Shown in pieces: positions 37,305-50,119 of a stretch of 64,000 bases of DNA. Location: assembly GCA_964016885.1 (NCBI GenBank), contig OZ024740.1, forward strand, positions 279,062,001 to 279,126,000, read 5' to 3'. The DNA is from Eledone cirrhosa. Its lineage: Eukaryota. The notes beneath the pieces were generated by a model. It was not told the DNA's origin, made no database searches, and saw only the letters and a list, made by a program, of their open reading frames with translations. Within the stretch, counting starts at the first letter, position 1. Every line of letters starts with the position of its first letter. The position numbers and the translations under genes were made by a program.

Positions 37305-37645
37305 AGATGCAGTTATGACTGAGTAATAAAGGAGTTTGCTTTGCAGCCAGATGGTTTTGGGTTCACGCCCACTATGTGGCACTTTGAGCAAGTGTCTTTG
37401 ACTGTAGCCCTGGGTTCACCAATTGCCATACAAGTCAAATTTCGTAAATGGAAACCCTCAAAAGCTATCCATCTGTGCCTTTGTTTAAATTTGTGTACAT
37501 GTTTATATTGTAACTTAGCAGTTTAACAAAAAGAAATTGATAAAATAAGTACCAAATTTGAAAATTTTAGTTACTGGGGTCTATGTGATAAACTAAATCC
37601 CTTCAAGGCAGAATTCCAGCATGGGTGCAGTCCAATGACTGAAGT
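37305..37645 (+). mobile_element. Second tRNA-derived SINE family (degenerate)
   Basis: B-box-like GGGTTCACGCCC followed by GGCACTTTGAGCAAGTGTCTT (CORE-like), ending CCAGCATGG...CAATGACTGAA. Confidence 0.55.
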
Positions 37646-37674
37646 TAGTAAAAGAATAAATTAATTATACCTAC

Positions 37675-37748
37675 CTTTGGAAGTATACATAGTTGAAAAT
37701 CTTTGTACTCCAATCCACAACAACTTTGGGTATAAAGAAGAGCAAAAC
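37675..37748 (-). CDS. ZDHHC4: ZDHHC4-like coding exon 2
   Basis: Acceptor TTTATTTTTTAG and donor GTAGGT; 74 nt encoding VLLFFIPKVVVDWSTKIFNYVYFQ(R). Bridges a phase-0 donor to the phase-2 acceptor of exon 3. Confidence 0.85.
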
Positions 37749-38941
37749 CTAAAAAATAAAGTTGGAATGCAAACACATAAAATAGATTATTATTTCTGTC
37801 AGTTCCAAATTTAACCCTTTTGATACCAATCCACCTAAAATTGGCTCTCTTTCTATGAAACAAAAACACGTTTTAAAGGGTTTCTACTTAAATTAAAACT
37901 TCCCCCACATAATTTTATGTAAAAACATTTTATGTTAAAAATATCATCTTAATGAATATATAATTTTAGTAAATACGTTCCAAGTTTTCTATTAATTACT
38001 TAAAATACAAAGTATTTCATTAGAAATGTGATAACAAAAGAGTTAGTAGAGAAATGGTTACACTGAATAAATGTTTAACAAAATATCATCATCATTGCTT
38101 TTACATTAACTTCACTATGCTAGCATGGGTTGGATGGGACTTTTTGAGGTAATGTTTTACAGCCAGATGCCTTTCCTGAGACTAACTCTTATAATTGTTT
38201 TTCACGACACAGGAATAGTGTACCTATTCTAAACCAAATAGACATAGTTATTATCAAAATAATTGAAAAATTAAATTCAGATTAGCAACAGCACCCATCA
38301 TGTCTATTTATACACCATAAGTAAGACTGATGGTTGAGCAAAAACAAGTCAGTGATTGATGACAGCAACACCAACATCATGACTAATGATTTTATGATCA
38401 TGTCAGGAAATGTCAGGAGAGTTACACTGGTGTGCATAAATTCTAGTAGGCCCCTTGCCAGTCTGAGAGGGTGCCATGAAAAAATGCACCCAGTGCACTT
38501 GGAAGAGTGTGGGAACATATGTATGAAGAGCATAAGTGTAATAGTGAGCGAATAGTCCAAGGAAAACAGACAAAGAGACCAGTTATAGTTTCAGTACTAT
38601 TAAGTAGAAGAAGGCAGGGAAAGCAGCAAGTCTTTCAAGGACAATTGCTGAAGTGTCAGGTTATTTAACCTCTTCAGTGCCATAGACGAGAAAACTTGTC
38701 CTAACATGTATGCATTCCAGTGCCACGGATGAGATAACTCATCCTAACATGTTTGAACTCGTTTCCAACAGTTCATATTTTCAAAGCTAGATGGGGTTAC
38801 TAGTTTATTGATGTGACAGTTGTCAATCAAAATAGTAATTTTACTGAAAAATAAACCCACACAGCAACTGTAGCTGTGTAAAATATACGTGGCAGTCAAC
38901 AGGTTAAGTCACATGTCATAATTGCTGAGTTAAAAAAATAA

Positions 38942-39126
38942 TTGTTTCTACTTTTGGCACAAGGCCAGCAATTACCCAGTACATTACTGGTACTTTATTT
39001 TATCGACCTTGTAAGGATGAAAGGCAAAGTTGACCTCGGCGGGATTTGAACTCAGAATAGAAAGGGCCGTAACTCTATGCGTCAAAGCATGACGTCCGAC
39101 CCTCTACCAATACTGCCAATCCACTG
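38942..39126 (-). mobile_element. tRNA/Nin-domain SINE
   Basis: Near-identical to 18065-18250; flanked by GAGTTAAAAAA(A)TAAT repeats. Confidence 0.85.
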
Positions 39127-39812
39127 GAGTTAAAAAATAATGCAGAAAGGTTTTTATCCCCAATAATTGACATACAAATATCATCTCAAATTTCGTCAAA
39201 ATCAAGGGAGATTGATGCATTGGAGAGGTGTATTTACAGAAACTTCAAACTAATAGACCAATTTTAAAAGTAACAAAGACAAAATTAGTTCAGAATTAGA
39301 CTGCAGGACACACACTAGCCTGCAGCACCACCTCCACTGCCTTAATACCCTGATCACATCTAAATATCCCATGCACCTAATTGATGTTGAACTCACTTAT
39401 CTATGTTGAATACTTAATCTAGAAAAATGATACTGTAAAACCATTTTTGAAAACCCAAGCTTTAAAACAAAGATTATCATAATTACTTTCTCAATAGAGG
39501 CTATTATATGGAAAATTGCAAACTTATACAAGTTGTATTTTTGTATATCATCAGTGTTGCCGTGTCCTTCAACAAATCAATGAATATTGGGGTTGGGGGA
39601 TCTGAATGAACAGACACCAACTGATCTTTGAGTAATTTTAGCAGAGTCCACCCTGTTGCATGTATTCAGAGCAGGTCTCCAGTTTCAGAATATATTCCTC
39701 CCTTCCTCTTTCTCCCATCAGTCTCAGAAACTCTAGAAAGGGCCATGGGCAGTACCCTACCCTCCCTGACTAAACCAGGTAAAAAAGTCTTATAATAACT
39801 CTAAAATAACTC

Positions 39813-41561
39813 TACCTCCTCACGAGGAACAGCAGACTACCCGCCTTCTACCACCTTGTGAAAACACACAAACAGGGACCCCACCTGAAGATCAAACCTA
39901 TTGTATCGAGCGTGGAAGGACCACTCTACAAAATTTCATGTCTCCTAGCCAGAATACTCAAACCCATACCAGACACCTTGCCGGGACATGTAAACAGCTC
40001 CGAGGAAGTGTTGGAGTGCCTGCATCGAATGGATCCCGACACCAGAAAAGCTAACAGGTATGCCTTCAGCCTTAATGTGGTCGCTCTTTACACCTTGGTC
40101 CCGGCGCGCCCGGCCGTTGATACACTGATGGAACGTGTTCAATCTACCGACCTACACTGCTTCGGGCTCACCCCCACTGACATCCACCAGCTCCTATCTG
40201 TCGTCGTTGGCAATACGTATTTCGGTTTTCTTGACCAAACATACCGGCAAACCTCGGGGCTGCCATGGGCTCAAGCCTGTCGGGTGTGCTAGCGATCTCA
40301 TACATCGACAGCCTCGAGCGCAAGGCACTCAACACCTGCCACCCCAACACCGTCGCCTTTTTCTCAAGGTACGTGGATGACATCCTCATCCTCACATCTT
40401 CCCAGGAGATGGCGAACGGAATTTATGAGACGTTCAACAATACGGACGAAAATATTGATTTCAATGTTGAACACCACAACGACGACGGGTCCCTTGCCCT
40501 CCTCGACTTCCGAATCAACATCACGGAGCAGGGAGGAATCCACACCAACTTCTACCGCAAGGCAGCCTGCAGGGACCTCTTCATCCACTACAAGTCTGCC
40601 CTTCCTAACAGTGCTAAAAAAGGGTACATCACGAACGAGATCACGTGAATTAAAAACAGATGTAGCGATCCCGTGAGTGGTGTCACCTACACCAAGCGAT
40701 TCCTCAGGGTGCTGGAGACGAATGGGTACGCTGCCTTGCTCACAAACAGAGTAAGAGACACCAGATGCAAGAGGCCGAGAAACAACCAAGGCAAGTGCTT
40801 CCTTAAAATCCCACACATGGGCGAGAAAACCACCAACGCTATCCGCAGGGTTATACGGAGAGAAGGCCTTGACATCCACCTGGCCCACTCGGGCCCCTCC
40901 CTACGGAGATGCCTCTCCAGGAAACCCGGGAAATCGACTGACGCGTGTTCCTTCAGAAACTGTCCAATGCGCCATACGAACTGTTGCTTACTTACGCACA
41001 TACGGCGTATACAAGGTAGAATGTGACAAGTGCAACCACTACTATATCGGTAGCACAATCCGGCCACTACATATCCGGATCAAGGAGCACATCAACACCA
41101 GAGCCTCGTCTTTCTGGAAACACATAACCAAATGCGGAAACAAAGACGGAAGGCCCATTGTCACAGTGCTAGCGACAGAACGCAACGTCGGCACGTTACG
41201 AATCAAGGAAGCACTTTGGATCAAACGCCTAGGACCACAAATAAATAACCGATCCGAGGTGGCTGGTGTAAACAAACGAGACAACAACACACGCACACAC
41301 ACAGTGGCATTCGAACGATTGTTATTGTGTGTTTAGCGCCCCCACCATCCACCGACCAGACAGACTACTACACGACTAACACCAAAGACCAGTACATGTA
41401 GGTAGTACAATGAATTGACAGCTAACGCCATCCCACTCCCACAATAAAAAGGAGCTGCTTTGACCTTTGCTTGACCGCACCTATTCCGCGCGCTCTACAG
41501 AATACCTCAGTTACACACAAACAGCGGACAACAGAGGCCACATACCGTTCCTCTCCGACAG
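39813..41561 (+). mobile_element. 5'-truncated Penelope-like retroelement (RT plus GIY-YIG endonuclease), antisense in a ZDHHC4 intron
   Basis: Motifs KTHK...PIVS, SLNVVALYT, MGSSLS, FSRYVDDI, LALLD, a Cys-rich linker and GVYKVECDKCNHYYIGST...RIKEH...KEALWI...PQIN. 7-bp TSD ATAACTC (39806-39812 and 41562-41568). Confidence 0.92.
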
Positions 41562-41732
41562 ATAACTCCTAGAATAAGATGCCTGTAGAGAGAATATATT
41601 ACACTTGGATTTGTCTTTCCACAACAGAAATACTGTTGCAGTCAACCAGCATATTGCAATGGTGATCAAAACCTTTATATTTATGTCCTACAAGTACCAT
41701 TAAACTAAAAAAGTGTGATCATTATTAGCTAT

Positions 41733-41811
41733 AAGGCCAGCAATTACCCAGTGCAATAAAGTACCAGTAATGCACTGGGTAATTGCTGGCCTTGTGCCAA
41801 AAGTAGAAAGA
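41733..41811. mobile_element. Truncated SINE with fold-back (23-bp perfect inverted repeat)
   Basis: 41733-41755 is the reverse complement of 41771-41793; 12-bp TSD ATTATTAGCTAT (41721-41732 and 41812-41823). Confidence 0.85.
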
Positions 41812-41849
41812 ATTATTAGCTATGTAAAAACATTACTTAGGAATGTTAC

Positions 41850-41978
41850 CTTGGATATGGTATTCCTCATCCATCCGAGAGGTCCATTGATACAGGAGGG
41901 ATGCTCTCCACAGATACAGACAATAGTAATGCAGGAGAAGATCAGCAGGTAACCAATGAGTAGTGTCAAGAATTCCAT
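41850..41978 (-). CDS. ZDHHC4: ZDHHC4-like coding exon 1
   Basis: MEFLTLLIGYLLIFSCITIVCICGEHP...TISK resembles the ZDHHC4/Swf1-type hydrophobic N-terminus. Donor GTAACA at 41849; upstream acceptor TTATTTCAG (AG at 41996-41995) implies a further 5' UTR exon. Alternative in-frame ATG at 41990. Confidence 0.85.
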
Positions 41979-42133
41979 TGTGAATGGCATGAGGCTGAAA
42001 TAAGACATTGATTTAGTTTTAAATCTGTTGGTAATATTTTGTATTATGAATAAACAATTGGCCTTAGAAAGTATAAGAATACCTCCAATCTAGGAGCTTT
42101 CCACCCTCAAGAACAGTTTTGGTTGTTGTAGAG

Positions 42134-42377
42134 CAGAAATGTTCAACCTTTTGCATCATCACTCACTTTCACATGGAAAAATTTTCTACCACCCATCTGT
42201 ATAGTAAATATTCAAAACTTTTACCAAATGTTTGGTAAAAGTTTATTCCTGGTTTGTTATTCCCGTTTTCGGGTAGCATATGTTGAAATACCTTCTTAAT
42301 ACTCAAAATCCTATATCACCTGCCACTTGTTCACCATTTTCTGTTCAGTTGCTTATTGCCCAGGTTGGGAAACCCTG
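42134..42377. mobile_element. hAT (Charlie-like) MITE
   Basis: Imperfect TIR CAGAAATGTTCAACCT / AGGTTGGGAAACCCTG with 8-bp TSD TTGTAGAG (42126-42133 and 42378-42385). Confidence 0.75.
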
Positions 42378-42829
42378 TTGTAGAGCCTGTATTTGTTTTG
42401 GTGTATGCATTTAAGTTTATTAGCATACATACTAATTAGTTTTGGGCATACACTATGCATAAGACTAAATACTATGTGTAACATATGTGCAATGTTTATA
42501 GTGACCTTGTTTACTATAATATTTAATATTTTAACCAGCAGTTCACCTCCCCACAGACTACTATACATTTTTGTCCATCTCCTCGCTCGATATTTTTATC
42601 TTTATTATTCTGATTATTGCTTTATATTCTTTACATTCTAAGAAATGGTGATCAAATTTATTCAAGCAGTGAATCCTAGCTGTAGTTGTGTGTATGAATG
42701 TATGTGTGTGTGAGTATGAGTACATGTGTGTGTGAGTATGAGTACATGTGTGTGTGTGTCTGTGAGTGACTTACATTTGAATGTATCAATTAAGTTGCCT
42801 AAATTCCTAAAAATACGCCCAAATATCGC

Positions 42830-43270
42830 TACCCTAATGACTGCAGGCGTTGGCTCCAGTGGACAGGATGGAGAATGTGTTGCTCTGGAGGATGGCAAGG
42901 GAGATGCATTGGGATAGCCATCCCAACTCGCAGGGTTCACTTTGAGGATGGGCAATTCTGCTTCAATGGTAGTGAATAAGGAGTTGGTCCAGGGACCATG
43001 AATGCCAGAAACCTCCAGTGCTATAGGTTCAAGGACAAACCTATCGGAGAATAGTCAATATTTTGACAGCTTACGATCTTCAGTTTATTAGGCAGCAATA
43101 CCTAAACTGGTCATTGAAAGAACAAGGTTGCCACTGGAGTAGGTAACACTGCATGTTGCATCCTAAAATGGGAAAATTGTGATGTTGTCTGGCCTGCAGC
43201 TGCTCCAAGGGCCTAACCCTGTCAGGGCTACAGGTTCAACAATAAACCTACTGGAGAGTGGCTGATAGTT
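42830..43270 (-). mobile_element. CRE-clade non-LTR retrotransposon relic (restriction-like endonuclease region)
   Basis: Reverse translation RPDNITIFPF...DATC...EDRKLSKY...FVLEPIALEVSG; homologous to 51780-52100. Confidence 0.65.
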
Positions 43271-43679
43271 CATACCACTAGGGTGTCACTGCAATTCTAA
43301 CTGATCTCAATTATCTACCAGCTGTCTCTAACATTCCCTTCCCTGCCTTCCCACCTTGTTTGTGTGTGGAGGAATGTTATTGTGTATTTGTTCTTTTGCC
43401 CATCCTCCTCCATTGCCAAGCATTATCACTGACCTGGCCTAACTCAGACTTCACCACCTGTCTCCCATTTCAATTGACCTGAATCTTGTTACAAACTTTG
43501 ACCAGTCTTCCCATACATTTTATTTCCCTCCTTATTGTACAGCAGCCAACACTATTCACACCATGTCTCACTGGTTGTTTGCAACAGATTTTTTTAACTA
43601 CTAATCAATCAGTTCAATAAACTATAAAGTTTATTTCCAAGATTATATTGTGTGTGTATGAATATATGTATATATGAAT

Positions 43680-43990
43680 CATCATCGCTTAACGTCTATT
43701 TCCCAGTCTAGCATGAGTTAGACGAGTTGTCCCATTTGAGGCAAGTCGAGTCAGGTGACCGTGTCTTGCTCATACAGAACTGGTCCTGGCATGGTTTCTA
43801 AGGCTGGATGCCCTTCCTAACCACAACCATATTTACAGTGTGGACTGGGTTCTTTTTGTCGTGACACCTACACAACCACTTTACAATGTCGCATCGCCAG
43901 TCTGAGGAGCAGATCGATAATAGAGTCGGGTCCACAACTCCTATGGGTGACCCTGAGCCAATCCCCTGTGAAACATGCGTAACATGCCGA
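43680..43990 (-). mobile_element. RTE-associated SINE-like repeat
   Basis: Contains the TAGGAAGGGCATCCAGCC motif and an RTE-type 3' end GCTAGACTGGGAAATAGACGTTAAGCGATGAT; related pieces at about 12290-12395, 14460-14850 and 38085-38195. Confidence 0.55.
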
Positions 43991-44819
43991 TATATAATAA
44001 AAATCTAAATACATGTAAACGAAACTTCATGGTTTTTTTTTTATATATACACTATGCCTGTGTATAGAGTGCTTGTTTTAGTACCACCACTAGTAATTCA
44101 CTGAATCATTTTCTCTCTATATATATATATAGAGAATCTTGTATAATGTAAATATACAAGATAGTATGGTAGTGGTGAGTCACAAAAACTTGTTGAGTCA
44201 AAAAGGCATCACAACTTCATGAGAGTGAGTCAGAGTCAGTTAAGCAGAATAAAAATCCAGATATAATAAAGCACATCTCAGTTTTACAGTGCCATCACCA
44301 CTATTAACTAAAACAAATTATCACTATAAGTTATAGTGATAATGTGTTAACTGGTGCTCTGGTTATCTAGTATCCTATAAATGTAACCAATTCTGCTGGG
44401 AGTAGGCAATGAATGTTAAGCCTTTTGTTACTGCATTTTTAATGAAACACTGCCTATATAGATGGGCTGGGTGAACTATTAGAGTGACAGAATGGACACC
44501 AAGGGAATGATGAAGAACCAGAGAGCGACCAAAGGCCAGAGACAGGAAGTGGTGGAGGTCAACCAGAGAGAAGTTCTCCAACTGGAGTAAGAAGGCCCAG
44601 GATTTTAGTTTTTGGACTGCCTGTTTCAATTTATTTTGAAAATGATAAAAAAATTTGGAGGAATAGAATAAAATAACATTTTTTCATTAGTAAGCTAATG
44701 TTTGGAATATTAACAAAAATTTCTTAAATAAAACAACGATGGGCAGTTTTGTATAATAAAACTAGGGCAGTTTGGTATCAAAAGGGTTAAAATAGTATTT
44801 ATAATTGATAGTAAAATAT

Positions 44820-45035
44820 TAATCCTTTCTAACATTGGCATGAAGTCAGCAATTTGGGGGAAAGGGAAAGTCGATTATATCGTCTCTGATACTTTACTGG
44901 TACTTTATTTTATTGACGCTGGAAGGATGAAAGGCAAAGTTGACCTCAGCAGGTTTTGAACTCAGAACATAGAAAGTTGTAACTAAACACTGCAATGCAT
45001 TTTGTCCGTTGCTCTACTGATAGTGTTAATCCATT
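44820..45035 (-). mobile_element. tRNA/Nin-domain SINE (diverged)
   Basis: GGTACTTTATTTTATTGAC...GGATGAAAGGCAAAGTTGACCTC...TTGAACTCAG. Confidence 0.75.
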
Positions 45036-46094
45036 ACAGTAGAATGCCATGGCCATTAGTAGGATGATCACTAACATATACAGATTATAGCAACTTAAGA
45101 AGTAACTAAGCACACAAAACTTATGACAACTTAAGTCACTAAATACACAAAAGTACACATTGGTATAGTAAACCATTTTCCTGTAATAATTTGCAGTATC
45201 TAATATTCTATTCAATGTCAGTTGAGTAGACTAGACTCTAATGAAAGAAACAAATTCAATAGTTGTTTGACTATCAGTGGTCGCATTACGTGCAATCACA
45301 TATACTATAACACCTTAAAGCTGTAGCACCTTTGGATTCCATTAATTGCTACTCCATAAAATTATTCACAATAAACGTGACACACTTCCAAGTGTCATAC
45401 AATGATTCACAAATTTTATCACATGGCAGACAATATAATACTTACCGTATGATATAAATCGATACAAATGTAAGCTGACCCCACTATTTTATATCTGAGA
45501 AATGAGCAAAAATCCAAACCTTATTTAGAATTTAAAGTCAGTGAAAATCATCAAAATATTGACCCCTAATATAAGCTGAAGCCCCCATTCTAACTTCGAT
45601 ATTTTGGTCATATATTCCTCAGCTTATATCCAAGTATATTTGGTATATCATCATCATTGTTTAACATTGGTTTTTCCAAGTTAGCATGGGTTGGAGAGAT
45701 GATCACAGACCAAGTAAGTACTTTATCAGAGCCACTATCATCCCAGATGGGCTGGGAGCCCACACCTCATACATATACAAATAAAGTTATAACAATAAAA
45801 CACGGATGAGATGAGATGATAGAAAAACTGGGTATAAGAGGAATTGGGTGTAGTGTACAGTAGAGAAGATTATGCTGGTGTGAATATGTGATGCATATAT
45901 ATGATAATTGTCGGATGAACAAGTGCCAGGAGATGCAAGTAGAAGGAAACTGCAAAAACTGTTTAGATTTGATCTCAAAAGGCTGAACCTCACAGAAGAG
46001 ATGACAAAGGATTGCTATGAATGAAAAGAGACTGTTGGAATGGAGCCTTCCAACCTATACAAGCATGGGAAAACAGATGACTTCTTAAATATAC

Positions 46095-46890
46095 TATTTC
46101 TTTGCCCACTTATTCCTTGGAAGGTCATGGAGGTAGAGTCCTGTCAGAAGCAGTTGTCTCCAAATGATCTGGCTAGATCCCCAAGCGAAACCAGCCAAGC
46201 TAATGGATATTAACCAGACATCTTGTTTGATGTCTATACTCGGCAGCAAACCCATCAAGTGCATGTCAGAGATCACTTTCCAAAAAGTACTGCCTTGTCG
46301 CCTGTAAATTTCAGCCAATTGATCGTACACCCACCAGTCATGATACCACTTCCAACCCAGCTGTGTATGTCAACCCTGTTCATGAAGATTATGAACAGTA
46401 GAGGTGACAGAATGCACTCTTGGTGGAATCCGACACCCATATCGAATGGTTTCCACTTAGCATCATTTATCCAAACACAAATACTAGGGCATTTGTATAG
46501 ACTTCAGGGCAACAAGAAGCTATTGATTTCATACTCAAGTAGAACTTTCTACAATAAGTCCCATGGAATGTAGTGATATGACTTTTTGAGGTCTACAAAA
46601 CAAGCATACACCTTTTGGCAATACTCTCAGGATTTCTTGCCACAGTGTGAATATTTGATTGGTTGCATGACATCCAGGACAAAAAACTATTTGTCAGCTA
46701 GCTTGAACTTAACAATATCCCTACATCTCTTTGCCAGACACTTAGCATAAACTTTATTGGAGAGGCTTAACAAGGAGATCGCTCTATAATTAGAGCAATC
46801 TCTCTTGTCTCTATTTTTGAAAATTTGGGATCATTGCTTCCAATTGCCATTGCTTAGGTGCTTTTCCAAATATCCTGACACACATGAGTA
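46095..46890 (-). mobile_element. RTE LINE relic with internal deletion
   Basis: Reverse strand resembles YACFVDLKKxYD and CxLSPLLFIIFMxR; 3' tail shared with the 1-690 copy. Confidence 0.75.
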
Positions 46891-49411
46891 AGAAGTCTGT
46901 TGTTGACTTGTTATATATTAGAAATGATAACTCAATGCTTACTAATGCATATGAAACTCTTTAATCTTTTTTATACCAAACCACCTGAAACCATATTCTA
47001 TAATTTCTACTTTTAAAAGAGTTACAATACACAGAACCAGAAGTGGTTTTAGGCAGCTTTTGTTAAAAGGGTTAAATCATTTATCCTTATCATACAGGAC
47101 ACTTTCCAAAATATTAATTTTCCAACCTCCATTTATTGTATTTTCCCCTTTTACTGATTAGACAAGTATATATCCAGTTTTAATCATGTGTTGATCTATT
47201 ATATGCTTCCGGAGGGGGGGGGGGGGGAGTCCTTCAGTTCTGAGAGAGAGAGAAAAGAAATTCTGTATTCATGTAAGATTGGGATTGTTGATCTTTATAT
47301 CAATATATAGATGAAGTAAAAAAAAAAATACTGATATAGATTATTTGATAATCTATATGAAAGACTTTGCTAGAGTAAAGGTAAGAAATGTATTGATGAG
47401 CGAAGCATAGATAGATGTAGTAAAAATGGAAAAGATAAAGCAAGCCTCCACCAACACTATACACAAAGTGGAGCTATGGATGCATTTGACAACTCAAGGA
47501 ATGCTTTTGTTAGAGTATATACGTTTATACTAGATGTATGATTGAGAGAGTTTAACTGGTCAACATAATTTAATTATGTTAACATGGTTTCTCATATGTA
47601 TATATAAATCCTCCTGAGGTCAACTTTGTCTTTCCTCATCTTTTCAGCAGTCAATAAAAATATAACAGTCCAGAACAGTGGATTGACCGAATAGTCGATC
47701 AGAACGCTTTATGGCAGATGTTACGGTTCTGTGCGTTCTGGGTACAAATCCTGACACCAGCAAGGTGGTGACACTTGCAACCGGCAGATAGTATATTAGT
47801 TTTAAAAAAAAAAAAAAAAATCTGATAATCATTTCCTTTCCTTTTTTCCTAACAGGGTTCTCAAAATCAGATACTCAGTTTAGAATACTAAATTAACAGA
47901 GGTAAAAACAAGACATCCATAAACTTTTTAATGTAAGAATCTTGATACTTTCACTCCTTTTATATACATATGTAAAATATGTATATCTGAAGAGCCTGTA
48001 TAAATCTGAATTTTTTAATGAAACATGAAAGGTTTCATCATTATTCCTCTACACTTACTTCAAACACACTCATCTAATTTCTTTTAACATACATTATTCT
48101 CTATTATTTCAAACATTAACTGATCTTAGGAACCACTCCAATCAAATGTGTGCCTGAGAGAAATGACTCCAATAGAATTTCGCACGACACTTCATTCATT
48201 CGCTTTTCTTTTGACACGAGTGCTATCTCTAAAGAAAAATCTACTCAAAAGAAACTGTTTAAAGACCGCCTTTATTTTTAATACAGTAAACGAAAATAAT
48301 AATTTACATTTTAACGTGTCTTCCTGATAATTGCTGATATTATTCTATAAGATCTTAAACTGAAAAATAAAACCGTTATCTTATATTTCAATGTAAAAGA
48401 ATGTGCCTTTATATCATTTTTTTTTGTATTAAAAATAATATTATAGAAACTGGACCAAAATACTGTCCCCGCTTTGTTAAGATACTTTGCTCTAATCAAT
48501 AGATTCAAATTAAAGTTTAACAGTATTAAAACTATAAAAATCATCAATAAATAGTAAAAAGTATATTTAGAACATAAACAATGGTTTTTTTTGCGATCTA
48601 GAAAAAAAGAGTATATTTAGTTTTATAGTTATCAAAATAAATGTAGATTACTATTCCAATGTCCGCCGAGTACCAGTAATCTTTCGGCATCTTTGGAAAA
48701 ACAATCAATTGACTAAATATGAGATTAAATATATTATCATATCAAAGTGAGATAAAATATATTCTCATCGCACGAACACCCTAAAAACATATGACTAATT
48801 TCAAAAGTAGAAAATCTAAATGATTATAGAAGATAATTATTATCAGCTAGCTGATTTTCATTTCTGAAAGAAGCATTTGCATGAATATTTTAATATGCAT
48901 TATTGTGTCCAATAAATTATATACGAACCCGTGTTAAAAAAGGTGTCTTCCAGGATAAGCCGACATGCCTCCCACGCCGAGGACTATATTATATCGAGGA
49001 AAAAAAAAACTGAGAAACGGTGTTTAATGAAAATATAGCCAGGTTAAAAGATATCCTCTGAAAGTGAATTTTCCCGCGTGTCAAATTATCCATGAATGAT
49101 AAAACCACTAGCAGTAGAACCATTTATCTTATGTTAGTCAGTTTATCTAAACTAAATTTTATTTAAATTATTAGTGAAGATTCTTTAAAAAACTTTCGTG
49201 TTTAGTATCAGTGAAATTGTAATTTCTAACAACATTAGAGTTTTTTTGTGTTTTTATTTTTTTAAAGTAGAATTTCTCAAAATATAAAAGTACGTATATC
49301 GTAGACTAGCTGAGGTACCCGGCTTTGCCTGGTAGAACAGTTCATAGAAGACGGATAAAAGAGAAAACGACTGTATTGGATGTGTTGTCTGGTATAAGGT
49401 GAGACCGTAAT

Positions 49412-49445
49412 GTGTGTGTGTGTGAGAGAGAGAGAGAGGGAGGGA

Positions 49446-49492
<47 letters not shown>
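49412..49492. repeat. (TG)n(GA)n microsatellite
   Basis: Directly visible. Confidence 0.95.
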
Positions 49493-49495
<3 letters not shown>

Positions 49496-50119
49496 ATAAA
49501 TCATAAAATTTCCTTATTGGGCTGGGGGAGTAAACTGCCGATTAAATTGTAGCATTGGCCTTGGATTTTAGATGCTGTGAAATAACGATAGTTATGATCT
49601 TTTTCGCTCCAAAGGACGTCATCTGAAACGCAGCAATATATCGCATAACATTGCTTCCGAAGTGTTGCTTCATTAGTACGGACCGTAAGTATATGGATAA
49701 AAGCTGGAGGATAGATTAATTTCAAATAGTATTAATTTTTCTTTGTTCTGGAAAACCAAAGAGTGTAAAATGCCTTTATAAAAGCTAACGCAATATTGTT
49801 AAACCTTCCTATAGATCAAAGGATCTATAGTTTAAGCCGTTTCTATACTTTCGGGTTACTCTCTCTGAATATCTAACACTTTAATTGTATATCTCTCTGT
49901 ACAACGGCCTATCTCTCTCTCTTTCTGCCCCCCCCCTCTCTTTAGATGTGTGTGTGTAGCTTTCGTGTGATTTAACCAACCAACCACTAATCATCTCTCT
50001 TTTATATATATATAGATGAATTGAACTGTAAAGAACGCAACTGAATGTTTCCTATGATTATAAAATATTAATTTCAAAGGTTCTTTAATATTCTGTTTGT
50101 GTTTGATATTATGAAAAAA

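Noticed and set aside
40364-41302. Long minus-strand ORFs (174, 126 and 86 aa)
   Set aside because: Antisense shadows of the GC-rich Penelope-like coding region; no recognisable motifs.
40646-41465. Selenocysteine read-through of the Penelope-like in-frame TGA with a SECIS-like AUGA...AA...UGA at about 41410-41465
   Set aside because: The TGA falls where Arg is expected (CGA>TGA CpG decay), not at a Cys position, and the candidate SECIS stem pairs poorly.
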